A DNA stretch of 64,000 nucleotides from Bugula neritina (Eukaryota; Animalia; Bryozoa): positions 507,628 to 571,627 of the forward strand of contig OZ037771.1 of the NCBI GenBank assembly GCA_964035545.1, given 5' to 3'. The notes under the pieces are model-generated. The model had not been told where the DNA came from. It worked only from the letters and a program-made list of their open reading frames with translations, and searched no databases. Made by a program: the position numbers and the translations under genes. This document shows, one piece after another, positions 25,101 through 37,000 of this stretch. Numbering within the stretch: the stretch's first letter is position 1; each line of letters begins with the position of its first letter.

Positions 25101-28100
25101 ATTGCTTGTCCACCTGCTCCCGGCCCATCTTGTCGCCATATTGGACAAGTTTTTCCTAATGGACCTCTGTGTGGTGCCTGTCCTGTCTGTAATGATGTCA
25201 TACATCCACCAACCACTAGACCAACTCCGGTAGCTTGCACTCGAATTGGCTGCCCACCACGTCCAAGTCCTTCTTGTCGCCATATTGGACAAGTTTTCCC
25301 TAATGGACCTCAGTGTGGTGCCTGCCCTGTCTGTAATGATGTCATACATCCACCAACCACCACTCGACGTCCTCCAGTAGCTTGCACTCGGATTGGCTGT
25401 CCACCACGTCCAAGTCCTTCTTGTCGCCATATTGGACAGGTTTTTCCTAATGGACCTCAGTGTGGTGCCTGCCCTGTCTGTAATGATGTCATACATCCAC
25501 CAACCACCACTCGACGTCCTCCAGTAGCTTGCACTCGAATTGGCTGTCCACCACGTCCAAGTCCTTCTTGTCAAAATGTTGGACAAGTTTTTCCTAACGG
25601 ACCTCAGTGTGGTGCCTGCCCTGTTTGTAATGATGCGCAATCCACATCTATTGTGCCACAGGTGAATATTTCTCAATAGCTATTGATGCTCATTTTACAA
25701 TTCACACCAACGATGGAAGGTTTGCTTCTGTCCTAACCGCCTTGCCCCGCCCCTCCACTCTCTCGTTTGAGTAGCTAATAACAAAAATATATCTTATTAA
25801 AAGAGTTGCAATTATATACTAAATCAGATACAATCTAGAAGAGGAAAGTTGTTTGTGAATATAAGTAATTGTAGAGCTTCATACAGTATGTATTCATATA
25901 ATAGTGTCAGTTACCAGGGAAATCATAAAAGGAAAAGAAAGATAATATGTTGTCAGCTTAATTAAGAATATTTTATAATTAAAAAAGAACTGGCACTTGA
26001 GATTATTTAGTTTTTAAATAACTTTTTTATTTTATTGGAACTAATTAACCATATTGATTGTCAAATAAGTTATGAGCCAAAGACAATGACAGTAAATTGT
26101 TTATGTAGACTCTAGCCTGTCCGGTTTCTCCATTCTTCTTCCCGGCTACCAGATCTGAACCGACATGTAATTCTCAAGCTGATTGCAGAGGTGCAGGTGA
26201 ATTATGCTGCTTCTGGGGTGTTAACAAGCATTGCCTGCGAGGAATTGATACAACCCTAAAGCCAGGTATACCGTTTATAAACTGCCAATAAGTGAGTGTA
26301 ACATTACCAAGGTTACATCGCAATAATTACATCAATACAAATATTGCTATGAAGTAACAATTTCTAATATAATATAGGAGTGATGATTGGCACATCAACT
26401 TTACAATACAACGTATTATTTAAGCTGAAAACTTTTTAACTATATTTGACTTGCATAGAACAGATATAATATAATTAAATTAAATTATATTATATTATTG
26501 ATATATTCTGAAATTTGTTTCAATTTATATATAAAATTTAAATTCCAAAACTTTAAGACTTTATTTCCCATACTTAATTTTAGGAGTATGTCCGAACAAC
26601 CCAACAGTTAGCAGAAATTTGTGTAAACAAGACTTTGGGGGATGTCGTTTTGACTCAGAGTGTTCTTCGACTGACAAGTGTTGCGAGACTGTGGGTTGTG
26701 GCTACAGTGAGTGTACTCCTTTGAGATCTGTAAGACCAGCTACAGCTAGGCCACCACCAGTTGGACCTCCTACAGGTGGATTAGTCAGAGTAGCACCACC
26801 TACAAGTAGGCCACAGACTGTAAGACCACCCCCAGTTGGACCTCCTACCACAGGGCCTATTATTTGCACCCTCATTGCTTGTCCACCTGCTCCCGGACCA
26901 TCATGTCGCCATATTGGACAAGTTTTTCCTAATGGACCTCAGTGTGGTGCCTGCCCTGTCTGTAATGATGTCATACCTCCACCAACTACTACTCAACGAC
27001 ATCCAGTAGCTTGCACTCGGATTGGCTGTCCACCACGTCCAAGTCCTTCATGTCGACATATTGGACAAGTTTTTCCTAATGGACCTCTGTGTGGTGCCTG
27101 CCCTGTCTGTAATGATGTCATACCTCCACCAATCACCACTCAACGTCCTCCAGTAGCTTGCACTCGGATTGGCTGTCCACCACGTCCAAGTCCTTCATGT
27201 CGACATATTGGACAAGTTTTTCCTAATGGACCTCAGTGTGGTGCCTGCCCTGTCTGTAATGATGTCATACCTCCACCAATCACTACTCAACGTCCTCCAG
27301 TAGCTTGCACTCGGATTGGCTGTCCACCACGTCCAAGTCCTTCATGTCGACATATTGGACAAGTTTTCCCTAACGGACCTCTGTGTGGTGCCTGCCCTGT
27401 CTGTAATGATGTCATACCTCCACCAATCACCACTCGACGTCCTCCAGTAGCTTGCACTCGGATTGGCTGTCCACCACGTCCAAGTCCTTCATGTAGACAT
27501 ATTGGACAAATTTTTCCTAACGGACCTCTGTGTGGTGCCTGCCCTGTCTGTAATGATGTCATACCTCCACCAATCACTACTCGACGTCCTCAACTTCGAA
27601 CAACAAGGGTGAGAATAATGATATTGTTTGTCAACTGAAATACTCATTTCTAGATATTCCATAGCATGGCAGCTTGCTAATGCCACCCTGTTTTGGTGGT
27701 CAGCAAGTTTGTAGTTCTACAAAGACACCAGCAGCTGTGGTGTCGCACATTCTTAGGTTAATTGACAAATTCTCCATGAAAACATCAGAAGTTATTCATT
27801 TTATTTTATTATTTTTTCATTGCACTTATGCAAATAAGTTCATTACAAATAAAATTTGTTATCTTATATTTAACTTAATTTGTAAAAATTCAAAAGACTA
27901 TATAAAGATTGCAAGTTCAGTGCAAAGCAATATTGAAGAATATTTTCAGGTATGCATATAACCTACGTCAGTGCACGATTGTGCACTTTTCCTAGCCGGG
28001 CTTATAACTTTATACCTACTTCCTATGATGATAATTACCAAAATATTTTCTGTACTTATTATATTTCAGCAACCAGAATTCTCATTAAAAGGAACAATTA

Positions 28101-30085
28101 ATTTTTATTATAAACCAACAGTAAAACTTCCAAGCCATATATTATGGCACCAACTAGTCTAAAAATATTTTAAGCTGTAGCATGTGACCGTATTTGGGCT
28201 AGAGGTCTAGCTCATTGGAAGTTTGGGGTTAATTGTACAACAGACTTGTATTCTAAATGAGAATAACATTGGAGAAATTCTGGTCAATTTGGCATAATCC
28301 TTTATTAATACCTGAAAGCATTGATGTAAAACAATTCACTGATATTGTATAAAAATGCTGTAAGATTGCATCTGCTTTAAGCCTGCAAAAAGTTGGCAAT
28401 AATTTTAGTTTTTTTAAAATTTTCTTTTTAGCTGCACTACACTTTTACCTTTTCAAACCTGTAAAGTCCTTGACTATTAAGCTTGCTGATCTGCAAAATT
28501 CTTCATTGGTCTCCATGAAAACTGCTTCAGTACAACATCAAGGACTCAAGCCACATGTATACAAATTCTATGGTATCTATTTGCAGCGAACAGTCACCCC
28601 AGCACCATCCCCAGCAAGCCGCACCTGTAGAACTATCTATGGTAAGTGTGGCTATCAACATACATCAGTAAAATAGAATGCATGGTAAGTGGTGCTTAGG
28701 CTAAGTAGCTGTCATGGAAACAGCAAATAAACTGTGAGGAAGGGATGCAAGAGGTTGTGCTGTCATAGATTATATTGTTTGAGATATGGTAGTAGGTGTG
28801 CCTGTGAAGAAGTGGCTATGACCAAGTAGCGAGTGTCTGCAGGGTGAAACAAAAGCGGTACCGTTTTAAGGTAACTGGTGTCAACCCATAGCTTTCAATT
28901 GAGTCCATAAGCTGGATTGATTGACACAAGTTTGACATTTTAATACGGGGAAGGAAAAGAGAAAACCTGAACATATCATAATTCATAAGACAAAAGGCTC
29001 ATTAAATAGCCTATTATATTAAATCAGGAAGTGGCAGAATTGGCTTGATGATGCCGTGACATAGTATAATATTTTAGTGAAATAATGCGCAAGTAATTAT
29101 TACATACCATTCTTACTGGATGTGTTCATGGGTAAAGGTTGCTTAATTGAAATATTGATTCATGCACTTGAATAGTTGCCATGTATTTTTACACAAGCTA
29201 TTATTTATTTAGCTGGCCCTTCAAATTTGTTTACTTCAAACGGTTAATGACTACACATGAGAGACCATCAATCAGGTCTCTGTAACCTCAGAATATTATT
29301 TAATTGAAGAATGACATTAGCTATCACGGTCTGGTACAATTTGATTCTGTCTTGGCAACATGTGTCAACGTATCCTAGCAACAAAGTAGTGAAAAGCAAC
29401 TTTATTGTTATCTAAATGAGATGCTTGCATCATGATTAAGTTGCAGCAAACACATTTGACGTAATTTCATCGCTTGTTTTAACAAATAATATATAACAGT
29501 ACTATTTTAACATCTAACAAATAAGATATTTTAAAAACTTTAAAAAAGTCAGACTAGAGCTATAAAATTTTCTCATTTCTCTTATTTTAATTTTTTTCCA
29601 TTTCATATGCTAATGTCTATAAAAATTTATACTGAGCAAGTGTATGCATAAAGTATTGGGCATCAAAATCTTGAAATATTTTAGTTGAATAAATGAGATA
29701 CTTTAGATAATGGTTGTGTGTGTTGTGTGTGCCTGTGCTATGTGCTGTGCATTCGTCTTGTGCATGTTGTATTTGTATGTTTGTGTGTGTGTGTGTTTTG
29801 CATGCTTGTGTGTGTGTTTGTATGCGTGTGTGTTTGTATGTTGGTGCATGTTCACATACGCAAGCTAAAAGTCATCTTGTAATATGTTGTACTAACCATT
29901 AAAATACTCTCCATGCAGGTTACTACACTGTATACGACTACTGCCATCAGTTCTCGTACGGCACACCATCAACTCACGGCTCCAACCCACCTACCCTAGC
30001 TTGTGCTCCCGGCACTCTGTTTGACTTGACTATATGCGGATGTAACCACCAAAGCAGAGTCCACACTCTAACCTGCAGATCTTAG
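22194..30085 (+). CDS. Secreted modular Cys-rich protein: signal peptide, 2x[6-Cys WAP-like + 8-Cys WAP + Pro/Thr linker + 4-5 six-Cys repeats], C-terminal chitin-binding type-2 (peritrophin-A)-like domain
   Basis: Phase-consistent exons 22194-22315 (MARIIFFILFCLAFSLSYG signal peptide), 22926-22997, 23447-23464, 24532-24688, 24811-25661, 26109-26265, 26584-27608, 28587-28641, 29919-30085. WAP: KPGVCP...C..DSECSSTDKCC...C...C. C-terminus: C...GYY....C..F......CAPGTLFD...C.CN.......C. Confidence 0.82.
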
Positions 30086-30423
30086 AAATGTCTGATTAGA
30101 TGAAGGAAATCAAGCTATGGTGCAATGTAACGCTTATTTTCACTAATTTTCACACTTATTTATACTTTGTTAAAATGTTTTTAAGGGGAAACTTAATATC
30201 TTGTGTTGGTTATGATGAGGTCAAATTTATTCTAGCAAAAGGTAACTGCAAATAAAATCTCTGTATCACCGTCTTTATAAATATTATTTTCAGCAATTTT
30301 TATTAAGGAGTTTTTATAAATAATATTAGTTTTGCAATGTTATTGTTTACAATAAAATCTACAACCATTTAGTTATCAACTTTAAACAACTTTTCCTCTG
30401 GCAGTTTACCATAAGGAGTCCCT

Positions 30424-30805
30424 TATGTAACTGTCTGGCATGGGTGTTATGTAACTGTCTGGCATGGGTGTTATGTAACTGTCTGGCATGGGTGTTATGT
30501 AACTGTCTGGCATGGGTGTTATGTAACTGTCTGGCATGGGTGTTATGTAACTGTCTGGCATGGGTGTTATGTAACTGTCTGGCATGGGTGTTATGTAACT
30601 GTCTGGCATGAGTGTTATGTAACTGTCTGGCATGGGTGTTATGTAACTGTCTGGCATGGGTGTTATGTAACTGTCTGGCATGGGTGTTATGTAACTGTCT
30701 GGCATGGGTGTTATGTAACTGTCTGGCATGGGTGTTATGTAACTGTCTGGCATGAGTGTTATGTAACTGTCTGGCATGGGTGTTATGTAACTGTCTGGCA
30801 TGGGT
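30424..30805. repeat. 24-bp minisatellite TTATGTAACTGTCTGGCATGGGTG, ~16 copies, in the 3' flank between convergent genes
   Basis: Near-perfect copies; source of the spurious (MPDSYITP)n ORF. Confidence 0.93.
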
Positions 30806-30831
30806 GACTCCTAGAAGTCAGAGTTGAGCAG

Positions 30832-33209
30832 CTACTTTATTATTGAGTATTTCCGCTGTCGTCTTCCTAACCCCATGTCAGCAAAGTCATCAAACTCGTC
30901 TAAGATGGCCGGCTGTTGCTCAGGAAGCGGAGAAGGTGTGTCTACTGAGAGGGGAGGAGTTCTCCCTTCACTGATGTCCCCGGTTGGTGTACTTGAGGAG
31001 ATGTCTGGGGAGTGGTCTCGTGTACTTGGAGTCCATTTTACTTTCTTCTGTGGAATGTTTTCACCAGAAAAGTCGTCAGTTTCTGATCCCATTGAAGATG
31101 CTGATCTACTCGACGGAGTTTTGGAAATTTCCTTCGAGTCAAAAAGAGAAGCGTCATCAGAATAACTGTTTGAGTAATGACTGGAGACTGAACTCGGGGT
31201 CAAGGACTTCTCAGGGTCATCTAACTTCTTAGCCAAGTCTGGATGCTCTGAGTTGAACTTCTGTATGATGCTGCCAAGCCTTTCGCTCACAGGTGGAGGG
31301 TTTGACACTGGTTTCATTTTAAACCGCTTCTCCACCATTCCGGTATAGTGGGTACGTCTGCGAGACGGGGAGTAGTACTGAGGGTCACCTTTCTCTTCCA
31401 ACGCAAATGGATTTGATATTGATGGATCAATACTCAGTTTCTAAAATACATACAACTACACAATCTTATAAATACAACCTAACGGCTTATAATTTGCAAT
31501 GACTTTAGTTTTGAAGCCATGTTTGGTAGAAATCACTTCTATAAACTAAATTTTTTCAAGGCGGTTATTTGTATGTACAGTACATCTATGGAATTACTAT
31601 ACACATGGCATGTACAGTACATATGTACACTTACAGTACATCTATAGAGTTAATAAAGTTCAGAAGTAATTAAATGGGATGCACTGCTAGTAGAGGTAAC
31701 TATAATGTCATTTCTCATATAAAATAAGTATTTCTAGGACCTGGCCTCAGAGTCTGAACTAGCCGCCATATTCATACAATAATCTTATAATAATAAGTTT
31801 AATAAAGCTGCAGGGAGAAGTAAAAACAATACCTAATTGCATTTTGAATATAACTCCCCATAAGGAGTTTAATAAGAACACTAATAAAGGACAGCTATCA
31901 AAGTATTATTTGTATGCATTAGGCAACACCCTGGAACCTGTTTCACCTAATTTGTACTATTCTTGCACAGTTTTATAGTTTCGTAGATATTCCCTGTGTA
32001 TAGACTGAGGCATGGAGTCTGAGCACTAGTAAACTAACCTGGGTTCTTGACTGGCGTATGGGACGGACACTGAAGAGAGCATGAGCCACCACCAGGACTA
32101 GAGCTGACGCGAGAATGACTCCTCCAACTATTCCAGCGTATACCCAGAATCCCAGAGCCGGAACTTGTTTGGGCTGTTGATTGAAGGAGTCAAACTGAGC
32201 ATACTTCAGTCCTTCGCAGCCACTGGCTGACATAACCATACCGTAGTTGCATAGGCAGACACCTGTAGAGATACTTGTACAGTAGTGTAGAGACACTTGT
32301 ACAGTAGTGTAGAGACACTTGTACAGTAGTGTAGAGATACTTGTACAGTAGTGTAGAGATACTTGTACAGTAGTGTAGAGACACTTGTACAGTAGTGTAG
32401 AGATACTTGCACAGTAGTGTAGAGATACTTGTACAGTAGTGTAGAGATACTTGTACAGTAGTGTAGAGATACTTGTACAGTGGTGTAGAGATACTTGTAC
32501 AGTGGTGTAGAGATACTTGTACAGTGGTGTAGATATACTTGTACAGTAGTGTAGAGATACTTGTACAGTAGTGTAGAGATACTTGCACAGTAGTGTAGAG
32601 ATACTTGCACAAGAGTGTAGAGATACTTGTACAGTAGTGTAGAGATACTTGTACAGTAGTGTAGAGATACTTGTGCAGTAGTGTAGAGATACTTGTGCAG
32701 TAGTAAACACTCACCAGACACACAAGCTGCATTGGTTTGTCTACAGTCAGTGTCCATCTCACAAGGCACCAAACACCGCCCAGTAATACATCGCTCTCTG
32801 AGAGGGGTCTTTCCCGATCTGCATGTCGCTGAAGAACTGCATCTACAGTAGTCATTCTATACTTACACTATATACAATACATCTAGTATACACATATCAA
32901 CATATACTATATACAATACATCTAGTATACACATATCAACATATCATAGTACATATCAACATATAGTATATACATATAAACATATTATAGTATATACATA
33001 TTACCATCTAGTTCTACCCTCTACTCTATGACTAGGATATAAACTCACGATCTAAGAGGATGGTCAATCACCAAGTCTCCAGGGTTACACATTCGAGAAG
33101 TGTTGTACCAGAGAGAATTTTCACACAAACATAGCTGTTGGATGCATATAGCAGCCCCGCTGTCGATTGGACACGGTGAACCAGAGCATAAATTAGCCAA
33201 CGCTGCCAT
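30832..33209 (-). CDS. Single-pass membrane protein with a Cys-rich (EB/EGF-like) N-terminal region and a Ser/Pro-rich cytoplasmic tail
   Basis: Phase-consistent exons 33209-33049, 32842-32715, 32262-32039, 31440-30832. Cys-rich PCEMDTDCRQTNAACVSGVCLCNYG; TM FWVYAGIVGGVILASALVLVVAHALF. No signal peptide, and an in-frame TGA lies upstream of the ATG. Confidence 0.75.
32263..32705. repeat. Intronic 22-bp minisatellite AGTAGTGTAGAGATACTTGTAC, ~20 copies, filling the intron
   Basis: Direct tandem copies; the terminal unit supplies the 3' splice site (TATCTCTACAG). Confidence 0.93.
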
Positions 33210-34061
33210 GTTGATAGTATCTCACTTAATGTTTAATATCTAACAATGACACTAAAACATTGTGTTACAAAAATGCAACTATGAAACTGCGACAATACTA
33301 TTGTTGGCATGCGGCTTTCCCAATACATTAAAATTGAAAGATATTTCAGTATCTTGTGTTTCAGCTAAAAGGAATTGAAAGTCTATAAACTAAAATGTGC
33401 ATTCTATCACAGAGAACAGTAAATTAATAATATAATGTTTATAGTAGCTAAAGACACTATCGGCCGGTGCAGGGTTGACAACTCCTGTGTTACACAGCAA
33501 TGCAGACCTAGGAGTAGGGAAGGGAAGTCAAACCTGTCTCATAGACACACCCACAAGCTACACCCAATAAATTGTAGTGCAATTTACATAAAACTATAGC
33601 TTTAATTACAATTAGAGCTTATATAAGAAAGTGAAGATATTGTTCCCTGAATGTACGAACAATTCAATACAAGATACAGGAGTTGTTACATAACACAGAT
33701 GGTTTGGATGATTTTCTTTTATTTCTTCATTCTTTATCAGGTTAAAAGTAAAGCACTGTTTCTTTCAGCTCCAGTAGAAACATACCTTTTCATCTTATTT
33801 TTTAATTTATTCGTATTTTGAGTTTATTGAGAACATATCATATTGGACAGACAAATAGCCATGCACCAGATCATTTAAATTAACTGTCTAGCTGCATGTA
33901 GCTGTATCAGTATTGTTAAGTTAAACCCAGTGAGAATATAGTTGATGTACAATACAAGACTGTAGACTGAGCACACCTAGTCTACTTGCTAGGTTGTCTG
34001 AGGCAGTCCACAGACAAGCGATAATCTTTTCGAGCAGTCTTTGAGAGTCGTCTGATATAGA

Positions 34062-37000
34062 CTATTGCATAGCTCTTAGACATTCCCAAGTAGTGAAGTA
34101 GGGCAACTCCCCATTCTTCTATTATTCTCCTAAAAATAATAATACTCGGCAATAGCAAGGAACCCTGTGTGTACCCTGTATGTACCTGGTGTATACTCAG
34201 CTAATAGCAGATTCAGTATTAAACTACTACGATAATATCACCCTCTGGCAAATCTGTTACTGTTGTGCAGCAAATAAAACGCTAACCTAATCTTATTGGT
34301 CAGTTTCTCTCTCTCCTTTGAATAGTGCATTGTGATTGGATCATCTTGAGACCATGTCCTGGATTCTATGGTCCAGTGTCTAGAGTAGTCCTCTAACATC
34401 TTCATTAGTTTAGCTCGGTGAGCCAGTTTCCTGCAAGAGAAAGCAACTACCAGAGAAAATGCAAGAGAAAGCAACTACCAGAGATGATGCAAGAGAAGAC
34501 AACTACCAGAGATGATACAAGAGAAGACAACTACCAGAGATGATGCAAGAGAAGACAACTACTAGAGATAATGCAAACACACCGGCACATACAAGCTCTG
34601 GGTTTTCAATAAACCCTACCAGTTTTAAATAATTTTGCACTTTCTACAAAATCCTAAAACTAGAAAACTGGTTTACAGGAATACAACTCTGAATATTAAA
34701 TTCAAGGGTAAATACTTGAACAAATCAATACATTATTGTTATAATATATTATGTTTAGTGCTATATACTGTTATAGATGATACGCCATCAAGTGACTTAC
34801 TCTAACTGACTATCTCTGTTGATCACTGGGTTACTTTCATTATGTATAGCGTGGTTACTTTCAACTCGATGGGCTTGCTTAGTTACCATGGAAACAGATT
34901 GTCTGTCTTTAGAGTGTTTCTGGTTATGCTGCCGAGTGGATGAGAGGGGAGAACTTTTCCTTCTTGCTGACAGGATGACCGCTCGAGCTCCACCCTGCAG
35001 CGTGTAACATTATTATGCAATAGTATATAATATTACCTGCATACACTATACATACTATAATAATACATACACTATACATACTATAATAATACATACATAC
35101 ACTATACATACTATAATATTACCTGCATGAAATATACATACTATAATATTACATACACTATACATACTATAATATTACCTGCATACAATATACATACTAT
35201 AATATTACCTGCATGAAATATACATACTATAATATTACATACAATATACATACTATAATATTACATACATACAATATACATACATACATACATACATAAA
35301 TGCAATATACATACTATAATAATACATACAATATACATACTATAATATTACATACTATAATAGTATACAATAACAGATCTGTAAGGAATAAACAAACCTT
35401 TAGGCTGGGCTTTCTCTTTGATGCAACACTGTACCTATAAACAGAACAGGTCACTTTATTGGAAGCAGAGCTTAAAACATGTTAACAGGAAAAGGTAGAG
35501 GAAAAATAGGGAGAGTTGGTTTAGGGGATATAACTGGTTAGAGTATGTTAAATAGAGAGAGGAGTAATAGATACTAGTACAACATACAGTATAAACTAGA
35601 GAGAGGAGTATTAGATACTAGTACAATATACAGTATAAACCAGAGAGAGTATTAGATACTAGTACAACATACAGTATAAACTATAGAGAGGAGTAGATAC
35701 TAGTACAACATACAGTATAAACTAGAGAGAGGAGTAATAGATACTAGTACAACATACAGTATAAACTAGAGAGAGGAGTAGATACTAGTACAATATACAG
35801 TATGAACTAGAGAGAGGAGTAATAGACACTAGTACAACATACAGTATAAACTAGAGAGAGGAGTAGATACTAGTACAACATACAGTATAAACTAGAGAGA
35901 GGAGTAGTAGATACTAGTACAACATACAGTATAAACTAGAGAGAGTATTAGATACTAGTACAATATACAGTATAAACTAGAGAGAGGAGTAATAGATACT
36001 AGTACAACATACAGTATAAACTAGAGAGAGGAGTAATAGATACTAGTACAACATACAGTATAAACTAGAGAGAGGAGTAATAGATACTAGTACAACATAC
36101 AGTATAAACTAACAGAATAGATCAGTTAGCCAAGCAACACTACCCCAACTCCCACTCATGTGTGAATGTGACAGTTACAGAAAGTATCTATACTGTAAGT
36201 CAACTATCTCACAGGTGTTTACCTTGTAGATAGGGACGGGCTCCTTGAGCTCCTGCGAGTGTTCTAAAATTAAAAAAAGTTCTCAACCATTATCTATTTA
36301 CTTGATTCAATAGCAATACAGGCCCTTTCAATAGAGAGTTTTACTCTCCTAATAAAACATAAAAATATCTCGTCACACTCTTCACCTCTAGTCATGTCAT
36401 CTTCCAAATAATATAACAACTTCATAATGTGGAGAAAGAAAACTGTAAGCAGATTAACACACAGCATGATATGTAGCCTGTGATAGCGTGTACAGCGAAA
36501 CTACCTGACTAGTGTGGTGAAGCAATCTCGGTAATTTCTAAAATATAGCAAGAACATAAGCTATATATAGTTTTAGCTACGATGTCATGCAGGGAATAAT
36601 ATAGCTAACTTACATGCCAGCAACAACATAAAATAAATTTAACACTGGAAAGCTAATTTCCAAGGGATGTATAGTATGGACAAACAACTGGTCACTGAGG
36701 CAACAAATCCACAGTCTGAGAATATAACTACTCAGCGCAGGTAACTGTTTGATGAGCAGGTAAATTTTACCTACACGTTTGGAAGACAGGTGATCCTCGG
36801 AGTTGACACTTTCAGGTGCAGGTTTCTTTATATAGTAGTCATACATGTCATCAGTTAGTGGTGGTAGAGCTGCAGGGGGTAACCTTGACTTGAACTACAC
36901 GATACAATTTATCGTCTTTAAATACAGGAACATATGTATACACTACAGTAATAAGTGCAGAGCACACTACAGTAACATGTGCATAGCACACTACAGTAAC

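Noticed and set aside
24929-27686. Long minus-strand ORFs opposite the WAP gene
   Set aside because: Antisense shadows of the Pro/Cys-rich repeated coding sequence
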